IMG/VR virus record: IMGVR_UViG_3300021197_001167
Span: 1-62,136 of that record
Source: a virus
Taxonomy: Duplodnaviria > Caudoviricetes
Reading direction: 5' to 3' (one strand)
Length of the DNA stretch: 62,136 nucleotides
Shown here piece after piece: positions 53,653-62,136 of the stretch. The notes under the pieces were generated by a model that saw nothing but the letters and a program-made list of their open reading frames with translations, was not told the origin of the DNA and did not search any database. Position numbers and translations under genes: made by a program. Position 1 is the first letter of the stretch. Each line of letters opens with the position of its first letter.

Positions 53653-55659
53653 TTGCATCACATTTCCCTTCATATACCCTCAATGAAAGAGCAAAGCGGA
53701 GGCATCCAAATGATACAAAACAAAATATTGAAAATGTTGTTCATCTGCCTCGCAGTGGTGCTTTTTGCACCTTGCGAGTCGATGACTGAAAGCAATACCG
53801 TTAATGCTACGGAAATGACCGAAACCCCACAAACCGTTGCACTGCAACACATTGACAGCGCAGAATTGCCCCAGAGCAAACCTATGCACCGTCACTCGTT
53901 CAAGCGAGCAGTCAAGCGGTTTAACCTTGCAATGAGCAGGCCGAGAGTTCTTCTTAGGCTCGCAGTGCAACGAATAAGGGATGGTTTGAGCAAGAACTAC
54001 GATAGCGAAGGAATGCGCAGAGTTGTAGAAACAGAGGCGCAGTGTCCTTCTTGTGATGTGAAGGAGTCGAATTATTCGCCCTTTGTCATCAGGATTGCAG
54101 GCCAACCAATCGAGGCGCAGTGCGTCGATTGCGCCCTTGATTTGCAACTTGAGATGAGTGAACAAATGCCACGCAGTCAAGCGTTTAGCGCATTGATTCT
54201 CGGCATTTCTTTTGCCCTTGTTGCAACTCTGTTTGACCCAACACTGGCGAGCAGTGTGGCGTTTATCGGTGCTGTGCGCCGACCAGTTCCGGAGGAATTG
54301 AAGCCATTGAAAGCCGCCGGTTTGATGGTGCGCAGAATTGCGAAAAACCGTGACACTGAATGCTATGAGTGCGGTTGCGAATTGACCCATAATGGCGAAT
54401 ACGGCGCACCTGTTGTTATGATGAGTCGAGTCGGATATACCAAGAAAAAGCCACACTGCGCCCAATGTGCAGTTATGCGATTCACTGGCAACCCTCGACC
54501 AAAACCAACACCGGAAACACCCGAAAAACCGCAACCTGCGCCACTGCCGGAGGTCAAACCGACACCGACACCGGAGGCAAAACCTGCGCCAGTTATCGAG
54601 GTAAAAGGCGACACTGCGCAACAATTGGCGGCCATGATTGCAACTCTTGCAACTGGCGCAATTGATGAAGAAGCAGTGCGCAAAATTGCCCAAGAAGAGG
54701 ACACTGCGCTAATGTCGAAGGTCGGCGACCAAGTGAGAAATGAGATAACCGAGGCCATCAAAAATCTGGCAAAACCAACCCAAATCACTCTGCGCAAAAA
54801 CGGCAAAAACATTGAACTGAAAGGCATTCGCCACTTCAAAACCGAAGAGATTTTGTTCTCGATTGTGAACGCAAAAGCGCAGAACTTGAACTTAACCGGC
54901 GAAGCAGGCACTGGCAAAACGCATTTGCTCGACCAAATCCATGAAGCACTTGAGAAGTCGGGATGGTTCAAGGAAATGGGGGTCAAGAAGCCTCGCAGTT
55001 GCTACATTATGTCTGCCAACAAGGACATGCAAGCACCGGAGTTAATCGGTCGTGAATCGCCCAGATTTTTCGATGATGACTCCGGCAGACCTGCCGGAGA
55101 ATGGGATTTTCTGCCGAATGAACTACTGGCTCAATTTGAGCATGGTGGCATTCTTGGACTTGATGAAATGGACAGGTTCGCAGACTCGACATTGAGTGCG
55201 CTAAATGCGGCACTGGCAAACGGTTTCATCACCACGCCAAAGGGTGTAAGAGTCATGCGTCATCCGGCCTGCATCATCATTGCAACAGGCAACACAAAAG
55301 GTCAAGGCGCAAGCCCAAAATACACCGCCGCAAACAAGCAAGATTCGGCCACCCTCGACCGTTTCGCAGGCAATTTCATCGACATTGACTACGACCCCGC
55401 AATCGAAGAAGCAATTTGCGCAAATCCGGAACTACTCGATGCACTGCGCAACATTCGCAGGCTTGGAGATAAGCACCAAATCAAGGGTTGCGTGGTCTCA
55501 TATCGAGCAATGATGCAAGGTCGCCAATATGTCGAAGCGGGTTGCAGTGTTGCGTTTTTCGCTCGCCGGTTCGCTTTGCAATTCGGCGCAGAGAATGCGA
55601 TAAAGTTGGGTCACGGACAAGATGTTGAGTTCGACTCCGGCCTTTGGGGAGGGGCTTAA
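53653..55659 (+). CDS. MoxR/CbbQ-type AAA+ ATPase with a long N-terminal extension (start uncertain)
   Basis: LTGEAGTGKT, LGLDEMD, ATGN and DSATLDRF motifs; the N-terminus has CxxC pairs, a hydrophobic segment and a Pro-rich linker. Confidence 0.88.
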   Translation: MHHISLHIPSMKEQSGGIQMIQNKILKMLFICLAVVLFAPCESMTESNTVNATEMTETPQTVALQHIDSAELPQSKPMHRHSFKRAVKRFNLAMSRPRVLLRLAVQRIRDGLSKNYDSEGMRRVVETEAQCPSCDVKESNYSPFVIRIAGQPIEAQCVDCALDLQLEMSEQMPRSQAFSALILGISFALVATLFDPTLASSVAFIGAVRRPVPEELKPLKAAGLMVRRIAKNRDTECYECGCELTHNGEYGAPVVMMSRVGYTKKKPHCAQCAVMRFTGNPRPKPTPETPEKPQPAPLPEVKPTPTPEAKPAPVIEVKGDTAQQLAAMIATLATGAIDEEAVRKIAQEEDTALMSKVGDQVRNEITEAIKNLAKPTQITLRKNGKNIELKGIRHFKTEEILFSIVNAKAQNLNLTGEAGTGKTHLLDQIHEALEKSGWFKEMGVKKPRSCYIMSANKDMQAPELIGRESPRFFDDDSGRPAGEWDFLPNELLAQFEHGGILGLDEMDRFADSTLSALNAALANGFITTPKGVRVMRHPACIIIATGNTKGQGASPKYTAANKQDSATLDRFAGNFIDIDYDPAIEEAICANPELLDALRNIRRLGDKHQIKGCVVSYRAMMQGRQYVEAGCSVAFFARRFALQFGAENAIKLGHGQDVEFDSGLWGGA

Positions 55660-55740
55660 ACAGGCCACTGCGCACCGGAATGACGGCCAGTTCAATACTT
55701 GCTCGACCAATGCGCAGAATCTGGAGAAAATGGAGGTGAC

Positions 55741-56703
55741 ATGATGACAAAAGGAGATATTTCAAAGGCGCAGTCTTGCGTTAATGGCAATCCTTGCAAC
55801 GGCTATTCAGTCGAGGCAGTCGAAGGAATCGGAAAGGTGACGGTTTGCATGGGTGTTGCGCCGCTAATCAGCGCACTAAGTTGCAAAAAGTCGGTTGGAG
55901 TTCATGGCGGAAAGTTCCGATATGGCACAACAGCACCGGCAAAAGCAAACGACTGGCGAGACATACCGGCAGAGTGCTTCAAGAACGGCAAAAGCGGGAC
56001 ACACGGCGACATTTACGAGTCGTTCTACACAAACGAAACCCAAGCACCGGAGGACATTTCAAAGGCTGTTTGGGATGCAGTGCCGGAAGCAATGAAAGAG
56101 GTTCTAAACGATGAAGTGCGCTTCAATTCGATACTTGGAGAAATCAACCTTGACCGCCTTTTCATGGGCGACCGTCGATTTTTGCGCAGAAGAGTTCAAG
56201 ACGAGCAAAACAAGCCCATAATCGGGCTTGCAGTGCCTGTTCAAGCGAACTGCAACATCAGAACCGAAATCGTTTCAATTCGTTCAATTGTTTGCGCCAT
56301 TGCGGTCGAAATCCTTGAATCAATGGGCTACTGCGTTGAAGTCTATGCGGTGGCTTATGGTCGTGGCGAATACGGCGACAGTGGGCAAAAGAACGGACTT
56401 CAAGCCCTTCGCATCAAGCAAGCCGGTGAGACTATGGCGACCTCAACTATCCTCAATTCAACGAGTGGTTGGGCTTTCCGCACTGCGTTTTTCGGTATGA
56501 TTGAATACGCCGGAGATGCTCAAGCCGGACTTGGCTCAAGTTGCGCAATGACAGAGGAACAAATCGACTTACTGCAAGCCTATTTGCCTGCTGTTGATGA
56601 CTTCTTAATGTTGAACTGCTATCCAACTTCAAACAATCGAGAGGCCGCAATCAAGCAAGCCATTGATGAATTGGTGCGCAACATTACGCCATACCTTGAA
56701 TGA
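55741..56703 (+). CDS. VWA-like partner of the MoxR ATPase
   Basis: INLDRLFMG, VEILESMGYCVEVY and AFRTAFF segments; position after the MoxR gene; GGAGGTG RBS. Confidence 0.65.
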   Translation: MMTKGDISKAQSCVNGNPCNGYSVEAVEGIGKVTVCMGVAPLISALSCKKSVGVHGGKFRYGTTAPAKANDWRDIPAECFKNGKSGTHGDIYESFYTNETQAPEDISKAVWDAVPEAMKEVLNDEVRFNSILGEINLDRLFMGDRRFLRRRVQDEQNKPIIGLAVPVQANCNIRTEIVSIRSIVCAIAVEILESMGYCVEVYAVAYGRGEYGDSGQKNGLQALRIKQAGETMATSTILNSTSGWAFRTAFFGMIEYAGDAQAGLGSSCAMTEEQIDLLQAYLPAVDDFLMLNCYPTSNNREAAIKQAIDELVRNITPYLE

Positions 56704-57222
56704 GGCACTGCAAGCCTAAAACGGACTGAAAACGGACTGAAAAAACAACCAAACGGAGGACAAAAAACAAACGAAAAGGCTTGAGTTCAAGGTGTGCGCA
56801 CCGAGCCTTGAACAGCCCACTGCTCGCCATCGGTGCGTTTTTCTTATTTTCAAAAACGCAACACTGCGCCCCATTTCGGGATTCTCTGCGCAGTCGGTCA
56901 AAATCGAATCAGCGCAAGCCATCGAAAAAATCGACAGCGCAGAAAATCGACAACGCAGAAATTATTGTGCAGAACAGAGCAGAAAATCGGCACGCAGAAC
57001 TTCTCCCCCCCTTAGCCAAGTATGCGCAAAATAATCTCTGCAATTTTTTTCGTTTTTCGCAGCCTGCGCCCTGCACACACATACACACACACATGAGGCA
57101 CACACATGCACATAATGCACACCTGCATAATGCGTCATAAAATTATATTGCGTGCGGGAACAGGCGGGCAGTGGTGCTTTTCATGTGAGGGGTTTATATC
57201 CCCCTGCCGCTTAGGGTTGAAC

Positions 57223-57480
57223 ATGGAAGACAACACCATAGGAAGCAAGACAGCGAATGACGAGGATTGGGTTTTCAGTGCAGAAACGAAGCACTGCGAG
57301 ACTGGTGAGGTGGCGTTTTGCATCGTCATTATCACCGTAGAAGACAGAAAAGAGATGCCGAGCATGGGCGAATGGCTTGAACAATTCTGCCAAGCCACTC
57401 AAACAGTTCCGACAAGGTTCACAATCACCGACATGACAGGCGCAGAGATTGCAAAGGGTCGAGCAGAGGTGGGCGAATGA
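57223..57480 (+). CDS. Hypothetical early protein
   Basis: ATG lies 30 nt after TTTATATCCCCC. Confidence 0.65.
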   Translation: MEDNTIGSKTANDEDWVFSAETKHCETGEVAFCIVIITVEDRKEMPSMGEWLEQFCQATQTVPTRFTITDMTGAEIAKGRAEVGE

Positions 57481-57977
57481 ACGGCATTCTCGGACTTTTG
57501 CTCATCGCATCCATGCTATACGCATACTGTGCGCTCATGGACTACGCATTCAAAAAGGCAATGGGGGAGTCATCCGTCAATCATTTGGAGACTCCGGAGA
57601 TGAACCCCCCTGCCACCACTCAAACCACGCTTGAGGATTTCAGCGCAGACGAGGATTTTCATATCAAGTTCTGCGTCGGATGCACCAAGCGCACCGGCTT
57701 TTCATACGGCGAGTGCAACCTCTGCGCTCTGCCAACCGAAGACGCAGACCTCAAGCCTGCGCAACAGACGCACATGCAATGGGCGAAGGCGAGAGCATTG
57801 GCCGAGTTGCCGAACCACATGCTCGCAATCGCTTCGATGACCTCGGACATGCGCAAGCATCCCGAAACCGAAGCCCTTGAAATGATGTGCGCAATGTTCG
57901 CCATGACGAACCCAAATCCCCAAACGACGAGAGCATTCATTGAAGGATTTAACGACGCATTGGGGGTGAACGCATGA
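57477..57977 (+). CDS. TM plus PIP-box-like plus Zn-finger early protein
   Basis: Hydrophobic N-terminus, QTTLEDF, CVGC...CNLC. Confidence 0.65.
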   Translation: MNGILGLLLIASMLYAYCALMDYAFKKAMGESSVNHLETPEMNPPATTQTTLEDFSADEDFHIKFCVGCTKRTGFSYGECNLCALPTEDADLKPAQQTHMQWAKARALAELPNHMLAIASMTSDMRKHPETEALEMMCAMFAMTNPNPQTTRAFIEGFNDALGVNA

Positions 57978-58249
57978 ACGCAATGGATAGGGTCAAATTG
58001 AACCTGCAACTGCGTAAAGCGCAGAACGCTTTGGCAGTTCTCGATGAGGTGCGTTGCGCAGTCCGTGAACTGGCAGAACAGGAAGAGGTCAAGTTCGACA
58101 ACATGTGCGAGCGTGGCCTTGAGGATTCGGAGACAGCGCAGAAAATCGAAGAGGCGCAGGGTGTGCTTGAAGAAGGCGAGGCAGGCGTAGATGAGGCGCA
58201 CAGTGCGCTTGAAAACGCAATCGTAGAACTTGAGGGGTTGATTCAATGA
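57974..58249 (+). CDS. Acidic helical-hairpin phage protein
   Basis: EEVKFDNM...LEDSE pattern; ATGA coupling. Confidence 0.7.
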   Translation: MNAMDRVKLNLQLRKAQNALAVLDEVRCAVRELAEQEEVKFDNMCERGLEDSETAQKIEEAQGVLEEGEAGVDEAHSALENAIVELEGLIQ

Positions 58250-58692
58250 AGAAAGCAATTATGCACATCTGCCGAACCGGAATCAAAGAACAGTTCTACA
58301 CGCTGTATATCGAGGGCATCGTTGTAAGGGGTGCATCAACGGCGCACTACTGCCAGTTCATGCAGAACCTCGCACACACACAGGCAGACGCAGAAGCGAA
58401 GGCCGAAGAACTCAAGGAACGCATGAGTTGGTGGGATGAAATCGAGGTTCAAATCCATGACTCCCCTCGCCCAATCTATGCGCACTATACAACTTACTGC
58501 GACATTGAAATGAAAATGTCAAAGTCACGCAAAGTATGGTGGGGCAATATCAATGAAGCGTTTTGGGTTCTTTGGAAGTGCGACAAGGCCGACCTCAAAA
58601 AAGAGGGCTACTGGATTAAGCGCACAGACGAAGGGAAGTGGCTTCTCTTCAAGCGTGTGCAGGCTGATGAAATCGAATGGAAGTGGGATTGA
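58246..58692 (+). CDS. Hypothetical protein
   Basis: Coupled 148-aa ORF; Trp-rich C-terminus. Confidence 0.7.
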   Translation: MKKAIMHICRTGIKEQFYTLYIEGIVVRGASTAHYCQFMQNLAHTQADAEAKAEELKERMSWWDEIEVQIHDSPRPIYAHYTTYCDIEMKMSKSRKVWWGNINEAFWVLWKCDKADLKKEGYWIKRTDEGKWLLFKRVQADEIEWKWD

Positions 58693-58780
58693 TGAGCGAC
58701 TTCATCCCCTTCTTGGCCGGTGGCTTTATCATCATGGTTCTGTTCCCTTTATTCATGGCATACATTATGGAGATGATTGA

Positions 58781-59440
58781 ATGAATTGGACTTGCCCCTG
58801 CGGAAAACCTGCCGACCTTTACGGCGCAAACATCGGCGGCGTGCCAGTGTGCGCAGAATGCGAAGCAGAGGAACGATATGAAACATCGGTTGCTCTGTCG
58901 GTTGCGCATCAAGAACTGCTCAAGCCCAAATTGACAATCGAACTTATCCCCGTCGGAACATGGGGGTCAAATCTGCGCAGTATGATGACGCAGACCCAAT
59001 GGGATAAGTTGCGTAAGCACTGCTACGCAGAGGCGGGTCATGTGTGCGAGATTTGCGGAGATTCCGGATTGAATCAAGGGCGCAAGCACGCAGTAGAAGC
59101 ACATGAGATTTGGACTTATGACGACGCAAATTGCGTTCAAACGCTTGAGCGCATTCACATTTTATGTCCTCGATGCCATCAAGTCAAGCACTTGGGGCGC
59201 ACACTGAAATATGGCGGAGGCCACAAAGCAAGGGCGCACATCGCAAGGGTGAACGGCATGACTGCGCAAGGCGTGCGAGCATACGAAGAACTCGCATTCC
59301 TCGTTCACGCACTGCGCTCTCGCTTCCGTTGGACTGTGAACATCGACGCACTCAAGCAATACACTGGCGAGGGAATGCCCTTGACGATGAAGCAAGTCAA
59401 AGAAGCAATAAAGAAGGCGAAAAGCGGGAAAACAGCCTAA
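58781..59440 (+). CDS. HNH-like nuclease
   Basis: ELIP..WGSNLR, CEICG, EAHEIW and LCPRCHQVKH motifs. Confidence 0.75.
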   Translation: MNWTCPCGKPADLYGANIGGVPVCAECEAEERYETSVALSVAHQELLKPKLTIELIPVGTWGSNLRSMMTQTQWDKLRKHCYAEAGHVCEICGDSGLNQGRKHAVEAHEIWTYDDANCVQTLERIHILCPRCHQVKHLGRTLKYGGGHKARAHIARVNGMTAQGVRAYEELAFLVHALRSRFRWTVNIDALKQYTGEGMPLTMKQVKEAIKKAKSGKTA

Positions 59441-59463
59441 ACAAATATATACCCCGACACCAT
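59439..59463 (+). promoter_or_regulatory. Early-type promoter
   Basis: AAACAAATATATACCCC is identical to 61023-61039; CCCCGACACCAT is shared with 1452-1463. Confidence 0.7.
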
Positions 59464-59488
59464 GAGAGAAAATAAGGAGAGACAAAAA

Positions 59489-59908
59489 ATGTTGAACATA
59501 CCCGATGATTACGAGCCTTACAAAATGAACTGTTGCGCAGGGGATGCCGTCGTTGGCATTCTATGCCGAAGACCCGACGGTGGCGTGTCCGATTGGCACG
59601 CAACCATGAACACAAAAGCAGTTAATGGCATCTGCCCGATTTCGGGCAAAGAGATGAAAGAAGTTCGCACTGGTGTATATGTGCGCAAGACTGGCGACAT
59701 TACCGTAGTGATGACGAACAGCCGAGCAATGAGGGCGCATGGTCGAACTACTGTTTCACCAAAGCGCACAGTCATGCCAAAGCGCACAGTCACATACAAG
59801 AAACCACGAAGCCCTGCATTCCCTGCGCTCAACAAGGCAAAGCCTGCGCAAGCGGAAAGGTCAATCAACGACATGATGGCAGACGCATTGAAGGAGGCGG
59901 GACTTTGA
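59489..59908 (+). CDS. Hypothetical basic protein
   Basis: AAGGAG RBS; PKRTV repeated twice. Confidence 0.65.
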   Translation: MLNIPDDYEPYKMNCCAGDAVVGILCRRPDGGVSDWHATMNTKAVNGICPISGKEMKEVRTGVYVRKTGDITVVMTNSRAMRAHGRTTVSPKRTVMPKRTVTYKKPRSPAFPALNKAKPAQAERSINDMMADALKEAGL

Positions 59909-60234
59909 ACGGTTGGGATTTGCGCAACGAGTGGGGCGAACCCGTCGGCAACGCTGACCCTTTCGGCAATGTGACCGGATGGACTGACGGCGCAGGCGCA
60001 GTCGATATTGGCGACGGCGTATATGTGCCAACGCAAGAATATGAAACGGTTCGACTGCCCGATGAGTTGGGTGGCGAATGGTGCGTGATTCTTTCATCAA
60101 GCCTGCGCACATTGCCCGACGGTCGCATAGGTCGTCATCATGTTCTCGCACACCCAACAATTGACTGCATCGCTTTGCTCAACGGCGACGGTGCGCTATG
60201 GGTGCGCAAGCAGACAGGAGGCGAAGAAGAATGA
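59905..60234 (+). CDS. Hypothetical protein
   Basis: GGAGG RBS and TTG start overlapping the upstream stop. Confidence 0.55.
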   Translation: MNGWDLRNEWGEPVGNADPFGNVTGWTDGAGAVDIGDGVYVPTQEYETVRLPDELGGEWCVILSSSLRTLPDGRIGRHHVLAHPTIDCIALLNGDGALWVRKQTGGEEE

Positions 60235-60322
60235 AAGCAAGTGATTTTAGAAAAATGAAAAAGTGGGAATTGTTGCAATATATATTAGAGGCGGAAGCAG
60301 ACAATTTGGAGGATGAAGACGC

Positions 60323-60580
60323 ATGAGCAGAGAAGACCAATCGCAGTTCCCCGCAGTCGTTGTCGAGGTTGGCAACGGCGCAGACTACACCATTTTTTCT
60401 TATGACTACTCGCACCCATACCTCCCCGCAAGTAGCATTGCAGATGACAATGCGAAAGCATACGCAGAGAAGTATTTGCTCTCTGCGCAACCACCAATCA
60501 AGCATTCGATTTATCATGTAAAAACGCAAAGCGATTTTTACGCAATCATTGACAAGCGAAACGGAGGCGAAGAAGAATGA
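60323..60580 (+). CDS. Hypothetical protein
   Basis: GGAGG RBS; coupled ORF. Confidence 0.6.
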   Translation: MSREDQSQFPAVVVEVGNGADYTIFSYDYSHPYLPASSIADDNAKAYAEKYLLSAQPPIKHSIYHVKTQSDFYAIIDKRNGGEEE

Positions 60581-60822
60581 GATTGGTGCGCCACTGCCAA
60601 AAAGAAAGCAGAGAACAGGAACGCAAAGAGTGCGCAAGGTTTAGAATCACATATTTAGCCCCCGAACAGCGCACGCCTCAAACCATTTACTTCTACGGTC
60701 GTTTGCGCCAAGTCACAGAATGGAGAGAAGCAAACCCAACTTTCAAAAAATTGAGCAGTGGTTTGTGCAAACACCTTTGCGCAGAGTGCGGCGAATGGCA
60801 CAGAGGGGAGGCTTGGCAATGA
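60577..60822 (+). CDS. Small Cys-containing protein
   Basis: CAECGEWH; ATGA coupling. Confidence 0.55.
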   Translation: MRLVRHCQKESREQERKECARFRITYLAPEQRTPQTIYFYGRLRQVTEWREANPTFKKLSSGLCKHLCAECGEWHRGEAWQ

Positions 60823-61022
60823 GCGCATACTCATACATGCTCGCAGGCTTGGCCGTAGCAACCGAAGACTGGTTGCTCTGCGCAACGCCGAAGGACACAG
60901 CAGGCGGTTTGAACTGGCAGGTCATGCGTGGACTCGCACTTGACGCACAAAGCATGGGCGCACGCCCCTTTGAAATCCTTGAAGCACTTGAAGAAGGGCT
61001 TGCAAAAGCGGGTGAAACCCCC

Positions 61023-61040
61023 AAACAAATATATACCCCC
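61023..61040 (+). promoter_or_regulatory. Early-type promoter
   Basis: AAACAAATATATACCCCC, followed by a CAGGAG RBS and ATG 61074. Confidence 0.7.
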
Positions 61041-61073
61041 ACCGCATAGGACAGAATACAGGAGACTGAAAAC

Positions 61074-61538
61074 ATGAGCAGAAAATTATGGATGAAAATT
61101 GATACGAACCAAACACCGACGATTCTCGCAGAGGGCGGCAACGACGCACTAAGCCTTTCGGAAAAGCAAGAGGCAGTTGGTGGCCTAATCGAATACTGCA
61201 CCTTTGGGCGCAATGTGCAAATGCCAGTGCCGTTTGAAGGCCGACTTCTCATGGCGACAATCATTGATGTTATCGCAAACGAAGAAGGCCGACTTGTCGA
61301 AGAACCACAGCAGAACGCAATAGGCACATACTGCGCATTCGGCCAATCCGTCTTTGAAGCACCTTACTCAATCGTTGGCGATGTTCTCGTTCATATACGC
61401 ATTGATGATGATGCGCCGGATGCTACGCAAGAAGACATTATTCGCATGGTGATGGGCGAGCAAGCAATGCGCACACACATGATACACAGCCTCATACTTG
61501 AAGAGGCCGACTATGAAATGGAGGATGATGCAGAATGA
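61074..61538 (+). CDS. DUF3846-like protein
   Basis: QEAVGGLIE, NEEGRL and IVGDVL motifs. Confidence 0.7.
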   Translation: MSRKLWMKIDTNQTPTILAEGGNDALSLSEKQEAVGGLIEYCTFGRNVQMPVPFEGRLLMATIIDVIANEEGRLVEEPQQNAIGTYCAFGQSVFEAPYSIVGDVLVHIRIDDDAPDATQEDIIRMVMGEQAMRTHMIHSLILEEADYEMEDDAE

Positions 61539-61807
61539 ACATTGAAAGGATAGGAGAGGCAAAACACGCAATCGCAAATTACATTTCGCAGATAGATGCC
61601 ATGCGCAGAGCGCACACGGAGATTGAGGTTGCAATATCGCACTTCAACGCAGTTCATGCGCCGATGCCTGCCGATGCAGATGTTGCCGCTTTCAACAATC
61701 GCCACGCTTTGCGTGCTATGACCGACGGGTTGGAGATGCAAATAAGGGTTGCCAAATTGCGCATAACCAATTTGCAAAGGGTCATCGACGAAGAGGTGAA
61801 CGCATGA
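61535..61807 (+). CDS. Hypothetical helical protein
   Basis: GGAGG RBS; ATGA coupling. Confidence 0.65.
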   Translation: MNIERIGEAKHAIANYISQIDAMRRAHTEIEVAISHFNAVHAPMPADADVAAFNNRHALRAMTDGLEMQIRVAKLRITNLQRVIDEEVNA

Positions 61808-62136
61808 GTGGAAGTGTAGTCGGAATGTTGCATTTCAAATGCAGTCGCACAGTCTGCCAACATGTGTATGCAGTAGATGCGCACAGATACCTCATAGAGT
61901 TGGGGAATGTCGCTTCTGCGAGCAACGGTTCTTATTCATACCCGAAGAGATACTGCCCTCGATGTGAGACCAGTGCAAATGCAGGCGGATATGAGAGCGA
62001 GCGTGAAATGGATGAGCGCATGGCAAAATTAGACAAGGAGATGAAACAATGAGCAGCGCATCCGCAATAAAAAACGACGCAGAATGGCTATACGCAGACC
62101 AACGGGATGAGAATTATTCTCAAATCGTCATCATAC
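61796..62136 (+). repeat. Terminal direct repeat, copy 2
   Basis: 327 of 341 positions identical to 1-341. Confidence 0.95.
61804..62052 (+). CDS. Small Zn-ribbon protein (also present in the repeat copy at 9-257)
   Basis: CSRTVC...CPRC; ATG is intact in this copy but reads ATT in the 5' copy. Confidence 0.65.
   Translation: MSGSVVGMLHFKCSRTVCQHVYAVDAHRYLIELGNVASASNGSYSYPKRYCPRCETSANAGGYESEREMDERMAKLDKEMKQ

Noticed and set aside
53680-54986. 337-aa and 207-aa - strand ORFs
   Set aside because: Antisense to the MoxR ATPase gene; no independent evidence of coding.
1-62136. Alternative genetic code
   Set aside because: Core genes are full-length under the standard code, with tight stop/start coupling.

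Overview
This window appears to be a complete, circularly permuted genome of about 61.8 kb from a tailed (HK97-type, siphovirus-like) archaeal dsDNA virus. Positions 1-341 recur at 61796-62136 with 14 mismatches. The + strand from about 49.5 kb through the junction to 23.85 kb carries a metallophosphoesterase, TerL, a MoxR AAA+/VWA pair and many small early genes, followed by an archaeal-type replication module. That module includes an MCM-like helicase, RFC, a PCNA-like clamp, an RPA-like SSB, a Sak4/AAA_24 ATPase, PolB, a Cas4-like nuclease, a fused primase, an ERCC4 nuclease and a dNMP kinase, and it ends in tRNA-Ala(UGC). The - strand from 49.06 down to 23.85 kb carries the virion module: portal, protease/scaffold polyprotein, major capsid protein (MCP), neck, tail tube, frameshifted tail chaperones, tape measure and a 2433-aa tail protein. 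The gene set resembles magroviruses (viruses of Marine Group II/Poseidoniales archaea); this host assignment is inference. Most notable observations: (1) a putative small RNA with its own TATA box and anti-Shine-Dalgarno loops just upstream of the tRNA, in a genome where many operons look leaderless; (2) strong genome-wide enrichment of the palindrome TGCGCA with apparent avoidance of several other palindromes; (3) one ACTG-core binding motif shared by two inverted ~190-bp elements and a large iteron field; (4) three unusual substitutions in the PolB dNTP pocket, next to a GNAT gene; (5) a PAC2-like proteasome-chaperone gene and PIP-box proteins. All calls are by eye from motifs; no database searches or counts were run.
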